Shown here piece after piece: positions 28,158 to 40,100 of a DNA stretch of 64,000 nucleotides. A model generated the notes under the pieces. That model was not told where the DNA came from. It worked only from the letters and a program-made list of their open reading frames with translations, and did not search any database. The DNA comes from Eledone cirrhosa. Its lineage: Eukaryota. The stretch spans positions 433,194,001 to 433,258,000 of the forward strand of contig OZ024740.1 of the NCBI GenBank assembly GCA_964016885.1, read 5' to 3'. Position 1 is the stretch's first letter; each line of letters begins with the position of its first letter. The translations under genes and the position numbers were made by a program.

Positions 28158-29418
28158 CATCATCATCATCATCATCAGGTTTAGCGTCCGTGTTCCACGC
28201 TTGCATGGGTTTGGACGGGGGTTTTCCCACTTGAGGCAAGAGTGGTTGTCTTGCTCGCATAGGACTGTCTGGCGGGTTTTCTACAGTTGGATGCCCTTCC
28301 TAACACCAACCACATTTACAGTGTGGGGCTGGGAGGTTTTTACCGTGTTGCCTACACGGCCACATTACAGCGTGGACTGTCTGGCGGGTTTTCTACAGCT
28401 GGATGCCCTTCCTAACACCAACCACATTTACAGTGTGGGGCTGGGAGGTTTTTACCGTGTTGCCTACACGGCCACATTTACAGCGTGGACTGTGTGTTTT
28501 TTTATCGTGACACCTACACGATCTCATTTGTTTCGGCCTGGATGTTGTGGGACCAACATAACTTTACATTGAAAGGGGCGGTGTGGATGGGGTGGAGGTG
28601 GTGGGACGGGGGGGCTGTTTTGATAGAGATGCCTACTGACTGTAGTAGGTTTTTACTTTGTATTTAGGTAAGGCAGGTCTTCTCTATTACTGAGTACCGC
28701 CAAAGGTCTCGGTCCAGTGACATTGTCTTGGAGAGGTGTAAGCGTGTGAGGTCGGAATTTATCAGCTCGTCCCATGTTTTTCTGGGTCTGCCTACTCCGT
28801 GGCTACCGTCTATCTTTATTGCCCTGCACTTTGTTATACAGCTGTCGTCTTTCATGCGCATCACGTGACCGTACCAACGTAGCCTTCTCTTGAGTAAACA
28901 ACATCTGATCCCTCTTATTTCTAATTTTTTCCTTAGCTCGTTTATGCTTTGCCGTTCACGTATATTACTATTGCACATCCAGCGGAGCATGCAAGCTTCG
29001 TTCCTCTCTAGTCTGCGTATATCCTCTGCACACAATGCCCAGGTCTCACTGCCATGCAGCATTGCTGTTCGTATGCAGGCATCGTATAACCTGCCTTTCA
29101 TTTTTAGGGAAAACCCTCTAGCGGCTAATAGTGGTATAAGCTCTCTGAACTTTTTCCATCCAGTTCTGACTCTAGCTACTGTACTTTCAGAGCACCCTCC
29201 CCCACTGCTGATTTTGTCACCCAGGTAACGGAAGCTGTCCACTATTTCTATAGAACCCTCTGCGCAGTTGAAGGAGCTAGTATTTTGTGGGCACTTGCTG
29301 CTACTTATTGCACCAGAGCACCGGCCACATGTAAAATCTATGTTCTTAGTTAGCTTACCTGTGCTCCCACTACATCTTTTATGCACCCATACTTTGCATT
29401 TGGGACATAAAATGGAGT

Positions 29419-29422
<4 letters not shown>
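28158..29422 (-). mobile_element. 5'-truncated RTE-clade LINE (copy 1)
   Basis: ORF 28664-29386 has WVHKRCSG..CGRC (Zn-finger-like), DSFRYLGDKISSGGGC, ARVRTGWKKFREL, LHGSETW, RRLRWYGHVMRM and GRPRKTW, the typical post-RT C-terminus of RTE elements. (GAT)n tail; (TA)n on both sides; RT core absent. Confidence 0.92.
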
Positions 29423-29447
<25 letters not shown>

Positions 29448-29452
<5 letters not shown>

Positions 29453-30487
29453 TCATCATCATCATCATCACCGTTTTACGTCCGTTCTTCCACGCTAGCA
29501 TGGGTTAGACGGGTTGTCCTGTTGTGGGCAGTGTCTGGTCGGCTGACCATGCCTTGCTCATACAGGAACTGATCTGGCTTGATTTCTACAGCTGGATGCC
29601 CTTCCTAACACCAACCTCATTTACAGTGAGTGCTGGGTGCTTTTTCGTGGCGCCTACACGTCCACTTCACAGTGTGGGCTGGGTGCTTTTTTGCCGTGGC
29701 ACCTCCACGACCACCTTGCGGTGGGGAGAGTGGGTGCATATTGTTTATATGCTTCAGCATGTACCCATGGGAGGTCGGGTACCCTGTATTACTGTGTGAC
29801 GCCAGAAGTCACGGTCGTGTGTCATTGACTTTGAGAGGTGTAGTTGGGTAAGGTCGGCTTTTATCACCTCATCCCAAGTCATCTTGGGTCTCCCCACTCC
29901 GCGGTTTCCATCAACTTCTAGTGCTCTGCACCTTTTTATGCAGCTGTCATCCTTCATACGCATCACATGTCCATACCAGCGTAACCGCCTCTCCTGCACG
30001 CAGCATTTGATTCCTCTTATGCTCAGTCTCTCTCTCAATTCCTTTATGCTTTGTCGTTCACGTATATTACTGTTACACATCCATCGGAGCATGCAGGCTT
30101 CGTTTCTCTCTAATCTACGTAAGTCTTCCACCTTCAGCGCCCAGGTCTCACTACCATGCAACATCGCTGTTCGGATACACGCATCATACAATCTGCCTTT
30201 CATTCTGAGGGAGAAGCCTTTTGCAGCTAGCAGTGGTAGTAGTTCCCTAAACGTCTTCCATCCCGTTCTTACCCTAGTTATTGTACTTTCTGAGCACCCA
30301 CCTCCGTTGCTAATTCGGTCACCTAGGTAGCAGAAGCTGTCTACTGTTTCTACAGGGCCCTCCCAGAGATTGGTGGTACTTGTTTCCTGTGGCTGTTTGC
30401 TTGCTGTTTCAGCACAGCTGCTGCATGTGAATCCTACATTCTTAATTAAGCTTCCTGAGATCCCGCTACATCTCTTGTGTACCCATA
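29448..30487 (-). mobile_element. 5'-truncated RTE-clade LINE (copy 2, related subfamily)
   Basis: ORF 29754-30590 contains WVHKRCSG, DSFCYLGDRISNGGGC, LHGSETW, RRLRWYGHVMRM and GRPKMTW; its N-terminus runs into flanking DNA. (GAT)n tail; flanked by (TA)n. Confidence 0.92.
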
Positions 30488-30917
30488 TATATATGAAGCA
30501 AATATTAGGAAAAATTAGGCAACATTTGTTTGATATACAGATTTTAATTACAGTGTGAGATAGTGGATTATGTAATAATCCAGCTTTCATAGGTGATTAC
30601 ATAATTGTAATGAAAGAGGTATTAGAGACACGATTGTATAATAAATGTTTCTTTAAACTTCAACAAATTTTGTCTAGTTTTTCCTGATATCCACTTGATA
30701 TTATAAAACTGTGTGGATACTCCTTTGAACCTATGTATCATATTTAGTAATACATCTCATATCAAGATATTTATATTACACAGCTCCATCGACTACATTG
30801 AGCACAACTAACAAGTTGTCTCTTCCCTTTTTGTTACACACGTCCAATTACATAAATGTGAGTTAGCCTACATGAAGTGGATACCTCTATTTTTCTCTCA
30901 TATATATATATATATAT

Positions 30918-31261
30918 GGAGGCACATGGCTTAGTGGTTAGAGCATTGGCTTTGCAATCGAAAGGTTGTGAGTTCAATTCTCAGACCGGGTGATGTGTTG
31001 TTTCCTTGAGCAAGACACTTTATTTCACATTGCTCCAGTTTACTCAGCTGTAGAAATGAGATGATAGGGACTGGGGTCCCTATCATTGCACTACAAAGTG
31101 GTCGTGGAGGTGCCACGGCAAAAAAGCACCCAGCACTCACTGTAAATGAGGTTGGTGTTAGGAAGGGCATCCAGCTGTAGAAATCAAGCCAGAATCAGTT
31201 CCCGTCACACCCTTGCAAGCAGGGAAAAAGCGGACGTAAAATGAAATGAATGAATGAAATG

Positions 31262-31262
<1 letters not shown>
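30918..31262 (+). mobile_element. tRNA-derived SINE with CORE-like central domain and RTE-derived 3' tail
   Basis: A box TGGCTTAGTGG (30927) and B box AGTTCAATTC (30971). Central gtgttgtttccttgagcaagacactt..ctcagctgtagaaatgag resembles the MIR/CORE domain. The 3' part matches the RTE copy 2 3'UTR; (GAAT)n tail; inserted in (TA)n. Confidence 0.85.
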
Positions 31263-31293
<31 letters not shown>

Positions 31294-31294
<1 letters not shown>

Positions 31295-31830
31295 TAATAA
31301 AGAAAACGAAATATCAGTGATGCATCTGGACCTAGTTTATTTCGTGTTACAAATGTTTCGCCGGCATGTTTCGTGTGGGTGCTTACTCTGAAGTGTGAGC
31401 AGACGTGTGAAGTACTGAACCCAGCATGACTCCATTGAAATGTGTCGGACGGAAAAATGGTTGATCAACCGTGTGGCAGCAGATACTGACCAGAACTTGT
31501 GATGACGTGGAGTAAAAATAGCCAATGGCATGACAAGAGTGGAAATAGGGTTTTTTGAGGGTGTTGTTTTGATGATAACACCCCAGTGATAACATTTGCT
31601 CCGGACATAACACCAGTGTCTGAAAGAACCCGCAGAAGTAGAATCAGCCAGATCCATACAAGGGCCATGACTCGAGCTACATGCCGGCGAAACATTTGTA
31701 ACACAAAATAAACTAAGTCCAGATGCAGCACTGATTTTTCGTTTCTTTATAATATCTACATTCTACTCTGATGAATATCGAGTGCTAATTTTGGCATACC
31801 ACCTATGGAAGCACCATAGCTACCACTATA
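31294..31830. mobile_element. Element with ~72-bp inverted repeats plus conserved tail (same family as 27836-28131); probably Penelope-like-derived
   Basis: 31297-31369 (ataaagaaaacgaaatatcagtgatgcatctgga...aaatgtttcgccggcatgt) is inverted at 31679-31750; flanked by (TA)n. Confidence 0.55.
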
Positions 31831-31833
31831 CAC

Positions 31834-31869
<36 letters not shown>

Positions 31870-32111
31870 AATGAGTTATTTAATTTGTTGATTATTCAAC
31901 AAAGTTAATTTATAACAGATTAGTAGCACTCAACAGTTTCTTCTGGAGTATAATATCATTAATATATATAAATGGAAAATATCTTTATAAAACCATATTT
32001 ATTTTATTATATATATTTCATCCACATAGAACTCATAACATTATCTGTAAACCAAATATTGTATTTTATCTGACGATGATAGTGTACCAAAATAATGGTT
32101 TCCTTGAAATA

Positions 32112-32946
32112 TCTGTATATATATAAAATTAAGTATGTGTGTGTGTGTGTCTGTGTATTACCTATAGGGGCCTACATCTTACAACTGATTTTCATGAAAC
32201 TTTACAGGCTCATAGATTACTATATATCAACATATCGCTTTTTTATTCTGGGGTCATTCTACAGATAAAAATCGATAGGGGGTTCACCTTTTTTTAGCTC
32301 CCACACTTTGCAACCGATTTCGTTCAAATTTTAAAGCAAAATAGAATTTATCATTGCACATCCTGTAATGGCTTTATATTTTGCATTTGTTGTTCAGGGA
32401 CGGCGTGGCAGCCACTTAAATATTCAAAAATACCACTTTTAGATTTAAATTTCCACTTTTTCGGCTCTAGCTCCCACATTAATCAACCTACTTTGTTCAC
32501 ACTATGCTAGATCTGATTATTTCACGTCTTAAAGTGGCTTTACATTTTGGATTTTTTGTTCAGGAACGGTGTGGCAGCCACTTAAATATTCGAAAATACC
32601 ACCTTTTCAGCTCTAGCTCCCACATTTTTCAACCGATTTTGTTCAAATTCGAAACTTCGGCTCCACCTCACACATAAATCAATTTATTTGGTTCAACTTT
32701 TATACTACGATAGAACCTATCATTGCACATCTTATAGTAGCTTTACACTTTGCATTTTTTGTTCAGGGATGGCGTGGCAGCCGTTTAACTCTTCAAAATA
32801 CGATTTTTTCCACCTGCCACATACTCCATACGATTTCACTCAACATTTCGCCATTTGCTACACCTTACGACCGATTTTCAAGAAACTCGCCAGCTCAAAG
32901 CAGATATTATTTTATCTACCCAGGCAACGCTGGGTACTGTTGCTAG
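32112..32946 (+). mobile_element. Non-autonomous Helitron-type element
   Basis: Begins a|TCtgtatatatataaaa followed by a (TG)n microsatellite. Ends with hairpin tacccag-gcaacg-ctgggta (32917-32936) and CTAG|t, i.e. inserted between A and T with no TSD. Three internal ~170-200-bp subrepeats (gttcaggga.gg.gtggcagcc). Confidence 0.8.
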
Positions 32947-33003
32947 TATATAATAAAATAAATATGGTTTTATAAAGATATTTTCCATTTAGTAATATTA
33001 TTG

Positions 33004-33022
33004 ATATATATATATATATATG

Positions 33023-33057
<35 letters not shown>

Positions 33058-33062
33058 AGCGA
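33004..33062. repeat. (TA)n and (GA)n microsatellites
   Basis: Directly visible. Confidence 0.9.
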
Positions 33063-33089
33063 GAAGAAGTGAAAAAGAGATACAGAAGA

Positions 33090-33170
33090 AGAATCGACCC
33101 AGTATTAGACTGGTACTATCTTTTACCAACTTCAAAACGATGAAAGACAAAGCAGACCTCATCCGAATTT
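33090..33170 (-). mobile_element. Decayed tRNA-SINE fragment, interrupted by the CR1 tail
   Basis: tcgacccagta..gactggtact..gatgaaagacaaagcagacctc..gaattt resembles the SINE copies at 59533-60257. Confidence 0.6.
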
Positions 33171-33580
33171 AATAATAATAATGAAATTATTGTGTAAAGT
33201 GCTCAGGTGCACTACAACTCGTCAAAGGTGCATGTATAGTACATAGAATAATACACAAATGTCAGGGAAGTGAACAGTGTATGAGTCATGATATACATGT
33301 GTGTATGTGTATGGAGGGGGATATCAGGTGTAGTTTTGGCGGATCTCGGGAAGCATGGAGGCCTTAAAGGATGCAGTGTCTCGGCAGCTAACAACTGATG
33401 CAGGAAGTTTGTTCCATGGAGGCCTTAAAGGATGCAGTGTCTCGACAGCTAACAACTGATGCAGGGAGTTTGTTCCATGCTTCAGCAAATCTGAGCATGA
33501 AAAAATGTTTCCGAAAGTCAAGGGAGCTGTACTGTTTTCTGACTTTGTGGGCATGCCCACGTGTGTTACACAGAGAACAC
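33171..33580 (-). mobile_element. 3' fragment of a CR1-group LINE
   Basis: Translates to NTRGHAHKVRKQYSSLDFRKHFFMLRFAEAWNKLPASVVSCRDTASFK, the TRGH...RK.FF..R....WN.LP..VV...FK C-terminal signature of CR1-group ORF2. (ATT)n tail; internal 61-bp tandem duplication at 33354-33475. Confidence 0.85.
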
Positions 33581-33817
33581 AGAGCCAAAATGAATACCAC
33601 AAATCATTCTCTCCAATGTTTTAATGACTGCCAGTTCGCCACCATAGTCATACACAGAGACAATGTGGAGGTCATGGCTGGAATATCTTGGATCACAGGT
33701 CAACATTTTGTTGAAGTGGTTGGATATTGTATTATTGGAAACCTTCCAGTTACTATCTAGTAAAGTGTGGAGTGTGGCGGGATTGGTACCTAGTGTCAGC
33801 TAAGTAGACTAAGTTCA

Positions 33818-33937
33818 GTGGTAGTAGTAGTAGTGGTGGTGGAGGTGGTAGTAGTAGTAGTAGTGATGTCAGTAGTGGTAGTAGTAGTTGTAGTAGTAGT
33901 AGTAGTAATAGTGGTGGTGGTGGTGGTTGTGGTAGTA

Positions 33938-33970
<33 letters not shown>

Positions 33971-33972
33971 GC
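33818..33972. repeat. (GTA/GTG)n trinucleotide repeat
   Basis: Directly visible; explains the poly-V and poly-L/P ORFs. Confidence 0.95.
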
Positions 33973-34172
33973 ATTATTAGTAGCAGTACCATATCCCCAT
34001 TACTCCCCCCTCCCCCCCACTAGTACTTATCAGTAACACATTCCCAAGAATCACCTGATATCTCCTGGCATATTTAAAAAACCAAAAAAACCTTCCACCA
34101 TCATTTTATCTAATAACCTTTGTTTAGTTATGTTCCAAACACCAAAATAATAATGAAAAAGTTATATTATTA

Positions 34173-37100
34173 AGTCTGCCCTCACCTATTGTCTATGGGG
34201 TACTCCTGAGATATACTGTATAACCAAGAGTATAGAGTCTGCCCCCCCCCCCCCTATTGTCTATGGGGTACTCCTGAGATATACTGTATAACCAAGAGTA
34301 TGGAATCTGCCCTCCCTATTGTCTATGGGGTACTCCTGAGATATACTGTATAACCAAGGGTATAGAGTCTGCCCTCCCCTGTTGTCTATGGGGTACTCCT
34401 GAGATATACTGTATAACCAAGGGTATAGAATCTGCCATCCCCTATTGTCTATGGGGTATTCCAGAGATATACTGTATAACCAAGGGTATAGAGTCTGCCC
34501 TCCTCCTGTTGTCTATGAGGTACACCTGAGATATACTGTATAACCAAGGGTATAGAGTCTGCCCTCCCCTGTTGTCTATGGATTACTCCTGAGATATACT
34601 GTATAACCAAGAGTATAGAGTCTGCCCTCCCCTATTGTCTATGGGGTAATCCTGAGATATACTGTATAACCAAGGGTATAGAGTCTGCCCTCCCCTATTG
34701 TCTATGGGGTAATCCTGAGATATACTGTATAACCGAGAGTATAGAATCTGCCATCCCCTATTGTCTATGGATTACTCCTGAGATATACTGTATAACGAAG
34801 AGTATTGAGTCTGCCATCCCCTATTGTCTATTTGGTAATCCTGAGATATACTGTATAACCAAGGGTATAGAGTCTGCCCTCCCCTATTGTCTATGGGGTA
34901 CTCCTGAGATATACTGTATAACCAAGGGTATAGAGTCTGCTCTCCCCTATTGTCTATGGGGTACTCCTGAGATATACTGTATAACCAAGAGTATAGAGTC
35001 TGCCCTCCCCTGTTGTCTATGGATTATTCCTGAGATATACTGTATAACCAAGAGTATAGAGTCTGCCCTCCCTATTGTCTATGGGGTAATCCTGAGATAT
35101 ACTGTATAACCAAGGGTATAGAGTCTGCCCTCCCCTATTGTCTATGGGGTACTCCTGAGATATACTGTATAACCAAGGATATAGAGTCTGCCCTCCCCTG
35201 TTGTCTATGGATTATTCCTGAGATATACTGTATAACCAAGAGTATAGAGTCTGCCCTCCCCTATTGTCTATGGGGTAATCCTGAGATATACTGTATAACC
35301 AAGAGTATAGAGTCTGCCCTACCCTATTGTCTATGGGGTATTCCTGAGATATACTGTATAACCAAGAGTATAGAGTCTGCCCTCCCCTATTGTCTATGGG
35401 GTACTCCTGAGATATACTGTATAACCAAGAGTATAGAGTCTGCCCTCCCCTATTGTCTATGGAGTACTCCTGAGATATACTGTATAACCAAGGGTATAGA
35501 GTCTGCCCTCCCCTATTGTCTATGGGGTACTCCTGAGATATACTGTATAACCAAGGGTATAGAGTCTGCCCTCCCCTATTGTCTATGGGGTACTCCTGAG
35601 ATATACTGTATAACCAAGAGTATAGAGTCTGCCCTCCCCTGTTGTCTATGGATTATTCCTGAGATATACTGTATAAACAAGAGTATAGAGTCTGCCCTCC
35701 CCTATTGTCTATGGCGTAATCCTGAGATATACTGTATAACCAAGAGTATAGAGTCTGCCCTCCTCTATTGTCTATGGGGTACTCCTGAGATATACTGTAT
35801 AACCAAGGGTATAGAGTCTGCCCTCCCCTGTTGTCTATGGATTATTCCTGAGATATACTGTATAACCAAGAGTATAGAGTCTGCCCTCCCCTATTGTCTA
35901 TGGGGTAATCCTGAGATATACTGTATAACCAAGAGTATAGAGTCTGCCCTACCCTATTGTCTATGGGGTATTCCTGAGATATACTGTATAACCAAGAGTA
36001 TAGAGTCTGCCCTCCCCTATTGTCTATGGGGTACTCCTGAGATATACTGTATAACCAAGAGTATAGAGTCTGCCCTCCCCTATTGTCTATGGAGTACTCC
36101 TGAGATATACTGTATAACCAAGGGTATAGAGTCTGCCCTCCCCTATTGTCTATGGGGTACTCCTGAGATATACTGTATAACCAAGGGTATAGAGTCTGCC
36201 CTCCCCTATTGTCTATGGGGTACTCCTGAGATATACTGTATAACCAAGAGTATAGAGTCTGCCCTCCCCTGTTGTCTATGGATTATTCCTGAGATATACT
36301 GTATAAACAAGAGTATAGAGTCTGCCCTCCCCTATTGTCTATGGCGTAATCCTGAGATATACTGTATAACCAAGAGTATAGAGTCTGCCCTCCTCTATTG
36401 TCTATGGGGTACTCCTGAGATATACTGTATAACCAAGGGTATAGAGTCTGCCCTCCCCTGTTGTCTATGGATTATTCCTGAGATATACTGTATAACCAAG
36501 AGTATAGAGTCTGCCCTCCCCTATTGTCTATGGATTATTCCTGAGATATACTGTATAACCAAGAGTATAGAGTCTGCCCTCCCCTATTGTCTATGGGGTA
36601 CTCCTGAGATATACTGTATAACCAAGGGTATAGAGTCTGCCCTCCCCTATTGTCTATGGGGTACTCCTGAGATATACTGTATAACCAAGAGTATAGAGTC
36701 TGCCCTCCTCTATTGTCTATGGGGTAATCCTGAGATATACTGTATAACCAAGAGTATAGAGTCTGCCCTACCCTATTGTCTATGGGGTATTCCTGAGATA
36801 TACTGTATAACCAAGAGTATAGAGTCTGCCCTACCCTATTGTCTATGGGGTACTCCTGAGATATACTGTATAACCAAGAGTATAGAGTCTGCCCTCCCCT
36901 ATTGTCTATGGGGTACTCCTGAGATATACTGTATAACCAAGAGTATAGAGTCTGCCCTCCCCTATTGTCTATGGGGTACACCTGAGATATACTGTATAAC
37001 CAAGGGTATAGAGTCTGCCCTCCCCTATTGTCTATGGGGTACTCCTGAGATATACTGTATAACCAAGAGTATAGAGTCTGCCCTCCCCTATTGTCTATGG

Positions 37101-40100
37101 GGTACTCCTGAGATATACTGTATAACCAAGGGTATAGAGTCTGCCCTCCCCTATTGTCTATGGGGTACTCTTGAGATATACTGTATAACCAAGGGTATAG
37201 AGTCTGCCCTCCCCTATTGTCTATGGGGTACACCTGAGATATACTGTATAACCATGGGTATAGAGTCTGCCCTCCTCTATTGTCTATGGGGTAATCCTGA
37301 GATATACTGTATAACCAAGGGTATAGAGTCTGCCCTCCCCTATTGTCTATGGGGTACACCTGAGATATACTGTATAACCATGGGTATAGAGTCTGCCCTC
37401 CCCTATTGTCTATGGGGTACTCCTGAGATATACTGTATAACCAAGGGTATAGAGTCTGCCCTCCCCTATTGTCTATGGGGTACACCTGAGATATACTCTA
37501 TAACCATGGGTATAGAGTCTGCCCTCCTCTATTGTCTATGGGGTACACCTGAGATATACTGTATAACCAAGGGTATAGAGTCTGCCCTCCCCTATTGTCT
37601 ATGGGGTACACCTGAGATATACTGTATAACCAAGGGTATAGAGTCTGCCCTCCCCTATTGTCTATGGGGTACTCCTGAGATATACTGTATAACCAAGGGT
37701 ATAGAGTCTGCCCTCCCCTATTGTCTATGGGGTACACCTGAGATATACTGTATAACCATGGGTATAGAGTCTGCCCTCCCCTATTGTCTATGGGGTACTC
37801 TTGAGATATACTGTATAACCAAGAGTATAGAGTCTGCCCTCCCCTATTGTCTATGGGGTACACCTGAGATATACTGTATAACCAAGGGTATAGAGTCTGC
37901 CCTCCCCTATTGTCTATGGGGTACACCTGAGATATACTGTATAACCATGGGTATAGAGTCTGCCCTCCCCTATTGTCTATGGGGTACACCTGAGATATAC
38001 TGTATAACCAAGGGTATAGAGTCTGCCCTCCCCTATTGTCTATGGGGTACACCTGAGATATACTGTATAACCAAGGGTATAGAGTCTGGTCTCCCCTATT
38101 GTCTATGGGGTACACCTGAGATATACTGTATAACCAAGGGTATAGAGTCTGCCCTCCCCTATTGTCTATGGGGTACACCTGAGATATACTGTATAACCAT
38201 GGGTATAGAGTCTGCCCTCCCCTATTGTCTATGGGGTACACCTGAGATATACTGTATAACCAAGGGTATAGAGTCTGCCCTCCCCTATTGTCTATGGGGT
38301 ACACCTGAGATATACTGTATAACCAAGGGTATAGAGTCTGCCCTCCCCTATTGTCTATGGGGTACACCTGAGATATACTGTATAACCATGGGTATAGAGT
38401 CTGCCCTCCCCTATTGTCTATGGGGTACACCTGAGATATACTGTATAACCAAGGGTATAGAGTCTGCCCTCCCCTATTGTCTATGGGGTACACCTGAGAT
38501 ATACTGTATAACCAAGGGTATAGAGTCTGCCCTCCCCTATTGTCTATGGGGTACACCTGAGATATACTGTATAACCATGGGTATAGAGTCTGCCCTCCCC
38601 TATTGTCTATGGGGTACACCTGAGATATACTGTATAACCATGGGTATAGAGTCTGCCCTCCTCTATTGTCTATGGGGTACACCTGAGATATACTGTATAA
38701 CCATGGGTATAGAGTCTGCCCTCCCCTATTGTCTATGGGGTACACCTGAGATATACTGTATAACCATGGGTATAGAGTCTGCCCTCCTCTATTGTCTATG
38801 GGGTACACCTGAGATATACTGTATAACCATGGGTATAGAGTCTGCCCTCCCCTATTGTCTATGGGGTACACCTGAGATATACTGTATAACCAAGGGTATA
38901 GAGTCTGCCCTCCCCTATTGTCTATGGGGTACACCTGAGATATACTGTATAACCATGGGTATAGAGTCTGCCCTCCCCTATTGTCTATGGGGTACACCTG
39001 AGATATACTGTATAACCAAGGGTATAGAGTCTGCCCTCCCCTATTGTCTATGGGGTACACCTGAGATATACTGTATAACCATGGGTATAGAGTCTGCCCT
39101 CCCCTATTGTCTATGGGGTACACCTGAGATATACTGTATAACCAAGAGTATAGAGTCTGCCCTCCCCTGTTGTCTATGGGGTACACCTGAGATATACTGT
39201 ATAACCATGGGTATAGAGTCTGCCCTCCCCTATTGTCTATGGGGTACACCTGAGATATACTGTATAACCATGGGTATAGAGTCTGCCCTCCCCTATTGTC
39301 TATGGGGTACACCTGAGATATACTGTATAACCATGGGTATAGAGTCTGGTCTCCCCTATTGTCTATGGGGTACACCTGAGATATACTGTATAACCATGGG
39401 TATAGAGTCTGCCCTCCCCTATTGTCCTTGGGGTACACCTGAGATATACTGTATAACCATGGGTATAGAGTCTGGTCTCCCCTATTGTCTATGGGGTACA
39501 CCTGAGATATACTGTATAACCAAGGGTATAGAGTCTGCCCTCCCCTATTGTCTATGGGGTACACCTGAGATATACTGTATAACCATGGGTATAGAGTCTG
39601 CCCTCCCCTATTGTCTATGGGGTACACCTGAGATATACTGTATAACCATGGGTATAGAGTCTGGTCTCCCCCTTTTGTCTATGGGGTACTCTTGAGATAT
39701 ACTGTATAACCATGGGTATAGAGTCTGCCCTCCCCTATTGTCTATGGGGTACACCTGAGATATACTGTATAACCAAGGGTATAGAGTCTGCCCTCCCCTA
39801 TTGTCTATGGGGTACACCTGAGATATACTGTATAACCATGGGTATAGAGTCTGCCCTCCCCTATTGTCTATGGGGTACTCCTGAGATATACTGTATAACC
39901 ATGGGTATAGAGTCTGGTCTCCCCCTTTTGTCTATGGGGTACTCTTGAGATATACTGTATAACCATGGGTATAGAGTCTGCCCTCCCCTATTGTCTATGG
40001 GGTACACCTGAGATATACTGTATAACCAAGGGTATAGAGTCTGCCCTCCCCTATTGTCTATGGGGTACACCTGAGATATACTGTATAACCAAGAGTATAG

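Noticed and set aside
30918-30990. tRNA gene
   Set aside because: A and B boxes are present, but the sequence continues into a CORE-like domain and LINE tail, so it is a SINE head. The same applies to the copies at 59.5-60.3 kb and 63.7 kb.
33753-34036. Poly-Val and poly-Leu/Pro ORFs resembling signal or transmembrane peptides
   Set aside because: Translation of a (GTA/GTG)n microsatellite.
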